Below are positions 27,891 through 40,790 of a stretch of DNA of 64,000 bases, piece after piece (the first letter of the stretch is position 1; every line of letters begins with the position of its first letter). Source of the DNA: Camelus dromedarius. Its lineage: Eukaryota. The position numbers and the translations under genes were made by a program. The notes beneath the pieces are model-generated. The model saw nothing but the letters and a program-made list of their open reading frames with translations, was not told the origin of the DNA and ran no database searches. The stretch is from assembly GCF_036321535.1 (NCBI RefSeq), contig NC_087438.1:8062001-8126000 (forward strand). The letters run 5' to 3'.

Positions 27891-30800
27891 GGTTTATAAA
27901 CTGGATTGGGTTTATAACCTCAAATATGTATATTACTGAATGTCTAACATGGTGAGAAAACTTGGGAAAACGTTATGAAAGGCCTAAAATTAAGGGGAAC
28001 GTCTACCAAAAGTACAGAGAAGAGCCAAGTTTGTAATAGGAATCAACAACATGAATATTATATTGAAAAAAATTATTTCACCTTGGTGTGTTAACTCATT
28101 TACAATATTTCTCATTTACTTGAATTGATTGAGATATGCAGAAAAATCCAACTTTGTTCATTTCTAGGAAAATCAAAAATAGGATACATATAGTTATCTT
28201 TTATTGTAAAGAGCTTTCCAGTCTTAGTTTAATCAGGAATGTTACCATATGAAGAAAAAAGAGGGAGGACTGGAAATCTAAGATGGGTAAATAACCTGCA
28301 GAACGATCATGTTTTAAAAAATCACGGTCACGTTCATGGTACTTGACAAATGGCCTTTTGGAAGTCTCATTCCTGAATCAGTTTAAACTTCTTTTAGGTC
28401 ACAATAAATAGGGTACTGATGAGAATTTCAAATATAAGATCAGAATTCAAATTGGAACCGCCATGCACGAATCAATTAGAGACTGATCAGTGCAAGGGAA
28501 ATAACGCAAAGCAGCAACAGAAATGGGAGAAAAACACACTACATTAAAGGGGAGGTTATGTGATCACATAGAAGGAAATGCATGAGAATTGAATCGATCT
28601 CAAACCGACCATCAGTGACGTAATAATGTAATGCCTTAGAATTTTTTAAGCATTTTTAAAATTGAATTCTCCCTTTTCGCCCTGCCTGTTCAGACCATGG
28701 AGTGGCTTACGCAGACTGTGGCTCTCCATTAATACAGATAAGCAGATACTGATCACACACTATGAAGAGTTTTCTCTAATACCATTTTCCCTTTAACTTC
28801 TGTCCTGTTATACATCTTCTCTCATTTGAGTTTTAGAGCTCAGCTAACCAAATCACCACCTTGGAGAATTACTCTGTTCAACTGAACCTTCTTACAGCAA
28901 ACATTTGAAGTGGACGATGCTTTCTCAGCTCTGTAAACACTCCTCTCCCTTCTCACCTGCTCTGCAAACACCCCCTTCTCCTCTCAGTAAGCTCTTACAA
29001 CTCAGTGAACCACACTCCTGGTCTCTTTGGGGAGATTTTTAAAGTAGCCTCTTCAGCAGTTGACTTGAGACTTCACCCAACATCTACGCTGTTCATGAAA
29101 TTACCTGTTTTCCAGAGAGCTACAAAAATAAAAGTCTTGTTAAAAAAAAAATGAAAGAGATGTTCTATGTGTTGTATTTCTTTAAAAGAAGGAAAGGGAG
29201 ATCCTTTTAAATAAATCATTCTGTTCTTATGATGATAGACAGTTACATGCATTATTTACTGACAATGGAAGAAAGGGAGAATGGAATAAAATACAAGAAT
29301 CTGGGACATGGAGAAATTCAGAGCAGTAGAATACAAAGTAGGGCTCAGCAGAAGGAAGAAAAAAACATTAATTTTTGTTTTTGTATTATTTATCTTTGCT
29401 TTTATGTATATTCGTATATAGAGAAATATGAAAACATAAAATACACTTACACATGTTATATAATACAAAGCAAACAAACAATAAGCTAATTAAATGATAT
29501 TCCTTCTGCAAGCTCACAAAATAAAGATGGCTTAGGTGACAATGGGTCCAAGAATGTGGTCTATAAGCTTTTAAAGCTATTCTTTAGCTAACAATAACTA
29601 TTATTTCAAGATGAGGAACTTTTACCACCCAATCCATCATATTCCTAAAGTACTGTCACCTGAGCTGAACTCCCAATTTTCTGCACTCTACACAGGTTAA
29701 TCCAAGCTAAGCTTGATGGAAAAACATTCAAATGTAAACGTAACAAAATCTTTTAACTTCATACATCATTATTTTTCTGGGGGAGAGGCATTCAGTGCAG
29801 GGGTTTTAGTAGCAGGAGAACCATTAGCGTTGGCATTGATTATCGGTGTGTTGGCGTTTCTGAATTTTACCAACTATTCTACCAGCAAACACTGTTTTCC
29901 TCCAGCTGTAACCAGCTTTTGTATTTATACCATTTAAGGGGAGTTGATACAGGCAAGCATCTGGAAGCTCTTCCTGGTTTTAAGATTATATTTATCATTA
30001 GGCTTATTAAAAATTTCCAGTTGGGTAATAATGGGCCCCTGATTTTTTTTTTTTGACTTCAAAGAAGTAAAAATTTTAACTAAGAGATTATGGCGGATCT
30101 AATTTGACTTGCTTTAACGAGAAGTGATCACTTTCATAATTTGAAGTCACAGCACTTAATAAGTAATAAACTGTTAATATTCCACCTCTTGTGGACTGAA
30201 ATGGTGATTTTAATTGAAATGTTATTTATATTTTATTGAAGAAGAGTAAAAAAGTTTTATGAACATGAAGTTCTATGTACTCCCTCTATGGCTTTATTGG
30301 TAGTGGCTCCTATTTCAGAGAATTGAGTTTTTAAAAACTGCTTTCTCCATATTGGCAAATATTTTCATCACGTTCTTATTCCTTTTTATGTTCCAATATT
30401 TTCAACTTCATAAGGATATTTAGCAGGTTTTCTCCTGGCAATGGACCTGCGATAATTCATTCTTTACAACAAGTTGATACACAGCACAGAAAGCTTGTTT
30501 TCTCCACTCCGGACCCCATTTACCCAAAAGGAAATTCACGTGACGCTCATCCCAGCAGACGTTGGTCATTGTCACTAGTTCAGAAAGATGTGTTTGGGGC
30601 AGGTGTCCGAGTTAAGTGTTCGTGTTAATCAAATGACTCTGAAGTTGATAGTCATTGATAGGCTTGAGTTTGAAATAAAAAATGTGTGTTATTCTGTTTT
30701 AGCTCAACAGACTTTCTCATAAGCAAATCCATGAGATCACATATTCCTTGTCTGGCTCTGCCTTATTGCATAAGCTGTGCTTTGTACAAGTCTTATCCCA

Positions 30801-32459
30801 GACAAAGGTATGTTTTATTTAAACAGACTCCCTAGTTAAAAGTGTGCCTCTTTAAATTTTCATTGTGCAAAAAATGAAGCCTCAGACACTGGGGGGGGGG
30901 GGGGCAGTCCTTTGAGAGCAGGCGGCGACAGTCACATCACGTCTGTCCCACTCACGGCTCACTAGCCTGGCTTTTCTGCTGCAGGTCACAGGATTCCTGC
31001 CCAGGGAGAAAGCATGATGTGTGCCTGGTGAGAGGGTCCTCCTCTCCAGGGAGCCCCGCTGCACGGGGGGACCACTGCTGATTCAGAAAGTGACCGTCTT
31101 GCTCTCTTATGCTGCCAGACCTCTGGGGCCACCCTGCTGGCTTCTGTCTCAGTCCTGTCCTGGGGCGGGAGGGCGGGCGGGCGGGCAGCTGCTCTGTTCT
31201 GTCTCCACCTCCCTACAAAGAGCATTATCTGGGCGCAGGGAGGCCGGCGGGCCATCCGCCAAGTGCACTCCCTTCTGCTGGGACTGAGCTGGGGCGAGGT
31301 CTGCAGTCCCTGCCCAGCACTGGCTGGCATACCCTCAGCGTGAAGGGTCAGAGTTAGGTCTGGGGTCGGGGGCAGAAGACCCTTTTCAGACCGCCTTCTC
31401 TGGCATAGCCATGGCCTACGGAGTGTCTGCCAGCTCAGCTAAATAAAATCACACTGACTTTTTGGTGTGAGGCGTGACTCCTGTTGTACGCTTCACCATC
31501 TGCCAGCCTGGAGCAGAAGAGAGGTGAGAAGTAGGGTTTGCAAAGCCTGATCCTCTAATGCACACAAATGTTTACACTTGCATGTATGTAAGTCTCCAGC
31601 TTTTTGGTTTAGGAAAGCCTAGAGAACCTTTTTGAACCCCCAAAGGTAGACTGTGGTCCTTGTCGGAGTTGGGGTCTGGGATCTACACCGGTCTTCATAA
31701 TAAAGTAACAGGGGTGAGAGGCTAACTCTGGCAGCTGAGAAAGAGAGATGGAGAAGGAAGGTGGAGAGGAGGGACGGGCAAAGATGGTGGTAGTCTGGGA
31801 GTAGCGGGAAAAGCTAACTGAGAAATCCCCTTTGGTGGGTCGTTCAGGGAACTTGACCCTGTTTCATCTTCAGTGACTACAGCTGTTTCCCGTTCTCCTC
31901 TGTACCTCTCAGATCTAGCACAGCCTGTAACTCAGGATGGCCCGAGTGGTATTTGGAGTAAGGGAGGCCCAGGGATGGGGTCAGCAGATGGTGTCCGGGA
32001 ACCCAAGTGACTGAGGGTGGACACCTTCCCTCACCCCCACCCCTGCCGAGAAACTAGCGGAGGGATGTCTTGGGAGAGGGTGAGATTGTGAGCAGGGCAA
32101 TCGTGAGCTGCATGTTATCTAGGAAAGAGAAGACAGTGTGTGTTTAGTGCCGTCATTGATTCTTTGTCTTCAACGTTGTCTGAAATATTCATGTCCCCTT
32201 TAATGTATTTCCTTCAGTTACCAGTTATTTATTTCATATTTTAAATCCTTCTCTGAAACTAAAATTGACCGTGCACGAGGACACGTAGAATTAAGCTTCT
32301 TTGGATCTGCAAGTCCATCTAGCTTGTGGTTCGTCTTCAACAGATACTGTCTGACGAACAGGAGATAGACGACCGTGAAGCTCTCTAGGTGAAAATGGTG
32401 GTATGTTTATTTTGGTTTTAAATGATGAGTTTTACAGATGCAGGATCAACCAAGATGAC

Positions 32460-32690
32460 TCTTAAGAGCCCAGGTTGCAGGGCAAGACTGCCTGGGTATG
32501 AAGGTTTACAGACTGGCTCTGTACAACCTGTGTGACCTTGGGCGGATCACTGAACATCTCTGTGCCTCAGTATTCTAATCTGTAAAATGAACATTGTAAT
32601 AGCACCTCCTTCACAGGGTGGTTCTGGGGATTCGTAGGTATGCTCCACGCACTTAGAACGGCCCCCGACAGTGGCAACGTGCTATCTGCT
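32460..32690 (+). mobile_element. MIR SINE
   Basis: Core TGTGTGACCTTGGGCGGATCACTGAACATCTCTGTGCCTCAGTATTCTAATCTGTAAAATG. Confidence 0.8.
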
Positions 32691-33718
32691 TTGTCATCTG
32701 TCTCACCTGCCTGATGCTCTGGAACCTCTAGTAATTCCCTAGTTGGTTACACAAGTGCACTTGTCTTCGTTCCCAAATGTTGACTCCTTGAAGAGGGGCA
32801 GCTGGCCTTCACTTCCCCTGCCCCTCTCTCCCTGAAGGATCATCTGGAAATCCTCTGGCGGGGGCACTGAAGGACCCCCAGCCAGTGGCCTTACTTAGCA
32901 GCAGAGACATAAGGCTGGGAAGTCATCTCAGCGACCAACTGGAGCCAAAAGCTAGTGGCCCCTGGACGCTTCAGGTCCAACAGGCCTCAGAAGAACGTCT
33001 CCTCTTCTCTCAAGGAATCAGGGTGTTTGCTCTGACTCTGGAAGCCACTTAAAAGTCTGCTCCAGTGGCCTCCAGGATGGGGTGTGTAAAGTACAGGGGA
33101 TGTGAAAAATGAGCCCCTGGGTATGGGAAAGCACCTTAAACTGTTTCTTTATTAAAGTTCATCCTTGATCTTTACCAGATATACTTTAATAATACTGCAA
33201 TGATAGGTGTGTGATCTGTACGTGAGATATACACCCAGAATAAATGCTTTTTCTCAAACGTGGATTCTCACAGAGGCAGTTCCTGGAGTTGTCGGGTGAG
33301 CTGGTCAAGGTAAGGACTTGAAGTAAAATGAATTCAGTGTAGAGAGAGACAGGAGGCTGAGCAGGTCTGAGGGAGAGAGGGTTGTGGCCTGAAGCTTAGG
33401 AGCTGGAGAGGGGTGGCTTCTCCCCGCCTGTCCCCAAGAGACCATCCACATACTTCTGGAAATCTCTGTAGTGTTGTGTAATCAGCATATTTCCTTGAAA
33501 GTGCAAGTTTAAAGCTGCAGGCTGGAATGGGGTCTCGGGCACCTGGTTGTCGCAGCTCAGCGATCTCGGCCAGGACAGAGATCACTGTCACTGGGAGAAG
33601 GCCAGGCAAACAGTTTCCCACATGAAGCCCTCGGAGGATGCTGCTGCCTTCCCCCACAGGAGAGACCGGAGAAAACACCTGTTCCTACTCAGCCTAGTTC
33701 TCCACTGATGGCGTGGCG

Positions 33719-34045
33719 CAGAGGTCGGCACACTTCTGGGAAGGGCCAGAGAGTGAGTATGCTCAGCTTTAGCAACCACATGGCCCCTGTCACAGCTACT
33801 CAGCTCGGCCGCTGCAGGGTGACAGTAACCACAGCTGATAGGGCAACAAGTAGGCGGGGCTGGATTCCAATGACCATTTATGGACTCTGAAATCCAGATT
33901 TCAGACAATTTTTACATGCCACAAAATATTATCCATCTTTGGATTGCAAACCATTAAAAATGTAGTCATCATTCTAAACTCACGAGCGCTATTAAGCAGC
34001 TGGCCAGCTGGGCTCAGCCTGTGAGCCGTAGTTCGCCAACCCCTG
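33719..34045. mobile_element. hAT-Charlie MITE (MER58B-like)
   Basis: Imperfect TIRs CAGAGGTCGGCA / TCGCCAACCCCTG; internal CAGCTACTCAGCTCGGCCGCTG and TTTTACATGCCACAAAATATTAT. Confidence 0.75.
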
Positions 34046-35042
34046 GCCCAGAGAAGACACTAGCTTTGCTGCTGTCCTTGTCCTTTTTTTTTTTTTAAGT
34101 GTGAACATCTTTCCCTGTTTTTAATTAGCAATCGATGAATAGAGTATTTTTTTCCTATTGTAGCTAATTTTTCATTAACCTCCCAGAAGTTTATCAACAA
34201 GAGATAATTCTAAGAACATATGAATATGGAACAGAGACTCAATATAATCCTTTTTGTTGTCAGGTTCTCTTCAAATTAGACATTGAATGTCACTGAGATG
34301 ATCTTTATCTTTTAGAAGAGGTGCGTGGAAATAAAATTACCTTAATTAATAATATGCAACAAAAGAAATGCTACAATAGCCCAACCCCAGACAGACTGGA
34401 GTGGATTTAGCAGGATGAAGGTGAGGGAAATTCTGACAGAAAAATAAATGGGGATGCTTTCTGTCTGAACTGAGATGTGCATCATGAACCCTGGATGGCA
34501 TTTACAATGTCAAAAGTAAAATAAAGAGCACTTTGTGCCTTTCTTCCTACGATGCACTGAAATATTCAAATGTCAATATCAATAATCAACTCTAAAAGCG
34601 ACACGGCTTGCCTGGCTTCCAAAACGTATAATTTAGGATCATAATGCAGTTTAACGAAATTGCTACTCTCTCCTTCATGGCAACTGGAAGTTCCAAGAGT
34701 CTGAAGACGCAGAGCCCTGGGTGCCAAGTCCCCATGTCTCAGCCCCCGTGCAGGGTCACGCGTCTCATCAGAAATGAAGGACAAAGCTCTACTGACTGCA
34801 AACCAGAGGCATAATATTTTTCTAAGTTTATTTAGCCACGTGAGGCTTTGGAGTAAGTGAGATTCTATCTTCTCAATTACACTGATTTGCTAGTTCAGAG
34901 AAGTGTTCTTTAACACACTTAATCATGCCATTTGACCAGCTGTTTCACAAACAGCTTCCTTTTCTGGAAAACACTTGTCTTTCTTCGTGCGACTTGTGGC
35001 TGTGTTCAACTCAAAATATGTATTTAATCCAGGAGAGCCAAA

Positions 35043-35106
35043 GAGTTGAACCATATGCAATCACCAATACCCGACCTTTAAATAATAACTTCATATGATT
35101 CTACTT
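35043..35106. mobile_element. Mariner-derived palindromic MITE (MADE2-like)
   Basis: AGTTGAACCATATGCAAT ... CTTCATATGATTCTACT imperfect inverted arms. Confidence 0.55.
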
Positions 35107-35610
35107 GATAGTGTGTATGAAATAAATTCTCAGTGTCTTACAAAAATACGTCACATTTTTAGTAAATATGTGTTTCCACCGCAAGCTTGCCAAATAAGTG
35201 GACTGTACCATTAAGAAACACTCACCAGCTTTAGGCATGTGCCTTTACATTTCCTGGACAATAAAGACTCTGCTTTCTCAAAGTGGTTATATTCATTAAA
35301 TATATTACTGATGATGCACCAAAACTTAGTAGTGCTTCCTTCCATTTCCCTGTTTGAGAAGCTTACAACCCCCATGGGACTTCTTTCATTTGCCATAGCC
35401 TCAGGGAGCTAAACTGGAGTCTCACTGGGTTCCCATCATCATGATCACAGGCATGAATGTGAGAAGCAGGGGGCATCACAGTGCTTCTGAGCAGACGGTG
35501 CACGCGCGCACGCACACACATAAACACTCCTTTCACGAGGGAGTGTTATTTAAGTCCCCAAGTAGACCCACCCCTCTGGGGACAGTCCACCCGGGGCCCT
35601 GAGTACACAC

Positions 35611-35805
35611 CTGTGCTCGTGCGGTACGTGCCGGTGTGTGCTGGCGGCAGAGGGTCCCCCTGGCTCTGGCTGAGACTCCTCATGGGAGGCTTCTGATAGA
35701 CGCGGTCTTCATAGATGGGGTCTATGTGGTGCTCTGGGGACTGCAGGGCCCGCAGCTCTGGGCCCAGGTGGCCGTGCTGGCTGCTGTACGAGGCCCGGGA
35801 CCCAG
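35611..35805 (-). CDS. CTNND2: Delta-catenin internal coding exon, equivalent to human exon 8
   Basis: Not in the ORF track in this frame; read manually as (A)[64 protein letters not shown]. Acceptor ttcttttatttcag|CT, donor ACAG|gtgtgt. 195 nt, phase 1 to 1, joins in frame with both neighbouring exons. Confidence 0.96.
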
Positions 35806-38800
35806 CTGAAATAAAAGAACAAGGGGACGTTAAGATCCGACCGACATGCAGACAGATCTTGTTTGATCAAAGACATGTTCGAATTTGGGGGCACGACGGA
35901 AACACTGCAATCTGCAGAAAAGCTAATGGATAGCATGGGATGACAGCAACAGGTCAAGCTAGTTAGCTTCTCGGCATCAGCCAGCTACCGTGCTCTGCCC
36001 CCAGACCACATCTCCTAGAAGGATGCTAAAGATCCTGAGAAAAATCCACAGTGAACTGGCCAGTGAAACAGCGTTTTTCTCAGCCTAACCAGTGGAGCAG
36101 GCTTCTTCGAAGAAACCAGGCAGACAGTCAAACCCAAAAACCTCTTATTATACCACAGTCCTTGCCCCTGAAGTTTTACAATGGGAAATTATTATTTAAA
36201 ATGATGAGCAAATGAATAAGCCGTGATGGCAAGCCATCCTGGCGCTGCCCCTGAAAAGTGGACCAGAATCTGTTCTCATCAGCAGTGCTTCCCTGGACAA
36301 TGAATGAACCAAATGTTCAGACGTAACAACAGCCTAAGTCCCTGAGAGTAGCAGATTTTAAAGAAAAAGGTTTCCAAGCTACATTTTCCTTTACCCTTAC
36401 CCTCCAAACTAAAGCATGTGCATTTAGTCTATCTTGCTCTGAAACGGCCAGATACATACACATGGTGCCACTAACTGGTTTAATTTACAAATTGAGGCTG
36501 CACATCCTTCGCCTGGTAGGAGACGTAAATCCTTACTGGTGTCTCTTGCTTGTTGGGTTTTCTACATTGCATGGGAAGAGACGTGGCTTTAAAGCAGTGC
36601 TGTGAACCAGGGAACCTCTGCACCAAAGGAAACAGAGTTTAATGAGGGCTAAGAGCTTGAGTGGACATGTGAAAAAGAAGATGCTGACTGAGAGCGAAGA
36701 TTTCATCCAAGGTACAGCGAGAATCACAGGAGCAGACATGCCAGGGGAGCCACGACCCCAGGGACAGATGCAGTGGAGGACCTCTAGGGACAGAGAAGGA
36801 CGTGGGGCATCAGTGAGTATGGAACTCAAACAAGAACCAAATGAGACTATGGATGATTTTAGCAATGACCCTTCAGCTAAATCTCCAAGGCTAATACCCA
36901 CATGGAATGCTAGCATTTAAGTGTCAACTTCCTTTGAACAGTCCCAGCTGGAAGCCCTGCATTCCAGCTTAAAGCAAGAGGGAGTTGGAACTCCCTGATT
37001 GGTGACGTTTGCGCACAGCTCTACCTCTGTCCAAGGTCTCCGCCGGTGGCCACTTTACAGACAACATCTTCAGTGCTCAAGGGCTACTTCCTCAGGATCA
37101 TCTAACCCTAAAGATTTTAATATTCTTGTCTAGTATATTTGGAGACCAAGCCATTCAAAAGCTTTGAAATTGCCAGCAGATCGATGTTTTCCTGGTGTAT
37201 TTTCACACGGGCTGCTTTACTTTTAATTAAGCGCAAAGCAGAGCAGTTCTAAATGACTGGGGCAGTGCTGAGACTTCTTTGAATTCAGTGTTAATAAAAA
37301 AATCACTGAATGATTGGAGGAAAGGGAAAGGAATAAAGTAGGCAGGTTCCTTACCTTTCCCTTTGCTAGTAATTAAATAAATTCTGATTTAGATAGCATT
37401 CCGTCGAGGGATAGATTCAAAATTACTGTTTTGCACAATTCAGTTCATTGCATCTGATTTATCAAATGCCAACATCACACTGAATATTATCTCATGCTCA
37501 AATTTTCCAGGAATATATTTAAGTTATGATATGCTTTGAGTTCCTGCTGTCAATTCTTCCTACTTCTGAAGCTTTTGATAAAATTGCCAAGGACTTACAA
37601 GCGTGAAAACAAGGGAACAGTCATCAGATCCAAACGCCACAGAGTTAAATAAAAGTTCTCCATCACTGGCAGATTTATAGTTGTAACCCATATCATCATT
37701 CCTTGATGGTAAGCAGCTGGAAACATCCAACGATGAGCAAGGATTCGCTGGCCTTTTAAGTGGTGGCGTGATCTGAGGGCAGGTGTGAAAAGCCTCTTTT
37801 TGTAAGCATTTACTGGGCATTAGGAAATTGTTATCACTATATAAATCAGAAGTTAATGACCAAGGGTCCTAGGCAAGAAGCAAGAATCTTAAGATGAGGT
37901 AGATTATCAGAATTTCCATGTGCTGGTATTAAGACAAAGACAAAGTAAAATTATTAAATATTTGAATAATATACCATCCTTTTTTAATTAGCATGCTTTT
38001 GATACAACCTTTAAGTTCACAGTGTTTCCCTGTAGAAACATCTGTGCAAAAGACCTGCATATTTCAGCATTATGCATAGAAATGAGATAAGGCATTTTAA
38101 AAGGAGCGTTGTTGACACTCCTTTTCATCCATTGTGATCAGGTTCCAGTTGCTCATGGGTGGGCACAGTTACTGGCAAGAGAGACAGAGAGAAGTCAGAG
38201 GAAACAGAGATGCAAGGAATTAAAGGTTAAAAGTGCAGCTTCTGGAATTCATGCCTTCTACCACTCTTGTTTAAGAAAGAACGTATCAGATCCATATTAA
38301 CAAGGCCTATTTTATTTGGGGCAATTTTGAGAAAAAAATTCTCCCACAGCCTCTTCTGGGAGTATGCTCCAAAATTTCATGAGATGGTGAACATACTTGC
38401 CAATTCAAAGAAGATGCACTTTTCTTTAGTAATAATTTCCTTTCACCATTATGGTCTATTTGACAGTGAGTCCTCAGTATTACACTGGACTCAAAACACC
38501 ACTGGCAAACATTTGTATCTTTGCCAGGAACCAGAACAATGTGAACATAACAAGAAAAAAATGCTGGAGAAACAGACTTTGTCGGAATGTCACAGATGTC
38601 AAGGCCGATTATGTTGGTGGAGAACAATTCTGAGAACTTCACCTTGACCAAGTGGACGGTTCAGAACTGCAGGGTGACAAAGGGCCATGGAAATACGGAT
38701 GAGCCAAAGAGAAAAGGCAAAGCAGACTCCATGGACCAGACCAAGTGCATCACCTTCCCCCGCCAGCGCAGACATCGGTTGTGTGAATGTAACGAGTGTA

Positions 38801-39639
38801 ATATCCGTGTCCAGACAGCACTTTATGACCAAGTTCTGCAACGATGCTTACCTCACCCTACACTAAGATTTCAAAGCTATCACATGCTTTACTCTTCCCT
38901 CCCTCTTCACAAGACAAAGTTTGGGTCTAGAGAGCTCAGGCCCTGATAATTTTCCTATCTGATGTTTCTGAAATCAATGGGTTTGAAGATGCCCATCTGA
39001 AATATGAATGCTCAGCTTACAGGCTAAGACAGTTTGTGATGCAGGAGGGCTGAAGGGTGAAGGGCACTGTAATAGTCCCACGGGTGCTCTGGGCGGGCCG
39101 GGCCTCCTGCAGGTCCCGGAGGACTGGGAACCTGCAAACTGATGTAGGACTGCACCTGGGACAGTTGCTGCACAAGAGTTCGCATCTGCCCCAGGACCTC
39201 AGTCACCAGCTCACTGCTGACTCGAAGGGATGCTCAGATGGCCCAGAACCTGGTCCCTCCTGGCCACTCGGCTCTGGCACTGCTGGTGGGAGGAGAGAGG
39301 AGAGGTTCAGTTCTGCGCAGAGACGGAGGTAAGGGCAATCGGGGCTCAGAGGGGTGGGCACCCTGGACCCCTGGAGAGTGGAGGGGCCCTATGCCTTCAC
39401 TCCAGCACCACCACTTACATGAGCAACTCCTATGCAGAAGCTTGAACGCACCGGCTCACCTTTCAACTCTACACATGATAGGGGGCCTCGGGAGGGAAGA
39501 TACATAATATCCAAAGGTGTGAAGTAAACAGAAGCAGCATCTAAACCAGTCAATCTACTACTCTTCCTTGTGTCAATTTTGCCCAAACAACCTGAAATGG
39601 GAAGATACGATTTGGGCCCCAGATCTGTGTTTAACTAGC

Positions 39640-39790
39640 AGGGCAAATCAAGGCTAGTCACTGGACCTCTCTGAGCCCTGGTTTCTTCAAGCATAAAAAT
39701 GCAGATAATAATACATGCGTCTGTGTGGCACACGATTGTGGGAGGATCAAGGAGAGAGAAATCGGGTGTGACGGGCTCTGCAACTGATAA
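39640..39790 (+). mobile_element. MIR SINE fragment
   Basis: GTCACTGGACCTCTCTGAGCCCTGGTTTCTTCAAGCATAAAAATGCAGATAATAATAC. Confidence 0.6.
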
Positions 39791-40449
39791 AGCGACATTG
39801 AAAAAAGGACTTTCACACCACTCGATCTTAGAGTCAAGAAATGATGCGATCTCGTGAAAATACCTCTTTGGATTTAAGCAATCAAACACTACTTAACACT
39901 AGCAAAATATCAAAAACAACTTGAGATTTAATTCTGAAATATTATAAATGTAAAAAATGGATAATTTTGTGAAGTACCACTGCAAGATGTAAATCTTATA
40001 GTTTGATTTTTTTTCTTAAAAAAGCATTAGTGATGCTTTTTAATGGATAGCTGCAAAGAATGAGGGAATGAATGACGTTCAAAAGGGAAAGAAATATGGA
40101 CATGACCGAGGGAAGGTGGAATCCTTTTTAGGAAGGGATACGGCAAAAATGAAACCTGCAAAGCGAAGATGACGGACACCCACTAGTCCAGGAGGAGGCA
40201 GGAGTAGACGCGTAGGGAGTTCTTGACGTGGAAAATAAGTATGGAGCAAAAAGGGTAAAGTATGCTTGCTGCCTGGCTTGTCTCTCTCCTCCACCCACAT
40301 TTCCCTTGGGTCAGAGTGTCCCACAGGCTCAGTTCCATCTGACCAGTGATACGAAAGAGTTATCACTTTTAAACTGATTTGCAAATAAATTTCCAGGGCC
40401 TAGAGTTTACACACAGTGTTTACATGTACCAGTTAATCCGTACTGATTG

Positions 40450-40790
40450 ATGTATTCATTCACTCAACACATATTTGCTGAGTGAGTGACTCTGAGGAGT
40501 TGCGGACACCACGGTGCTTAAGGCAGACAAGGTTCCTGCCTTGAAAATAAGTAAGTCATCACATTCAAGTCGGTACAGAGATAAAGGTACTGAAGGAGAT
40601 AAAGTACAGTGGGGCAAGAAGACACCGTCAGAGGGTACACTGTTTGATAGGATGGTCAGGAAAGTTCTTTTTGAGCATCTGACATTTCAGCAGACACTTT
40701 CACCAGGGCAGAGAAGGAGCCGTGCTGGAGGAAGAGCCAGGTGTTTCTCAGACAGGGGACCAGCAGTGAGAGCAAAGGCCCTCTGCAGGA
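40450..40790 (-). mobile_element. L2 3' fragment
   Basis: TTCATTCACTCAACACATATTTGCTGAG...GACAAGGTTCCTGCCTTG...GGATGGTCAGGAAAG. Confidence 0.65.

Noticed and set aside
38267..38946. Cluster of 110-126 aa ORFs, possibly a DNA transposon remnant
   Set aside because: No recognisable protein motif, splice structure or clear terminal inverted repeats; cannot be supported without a search.
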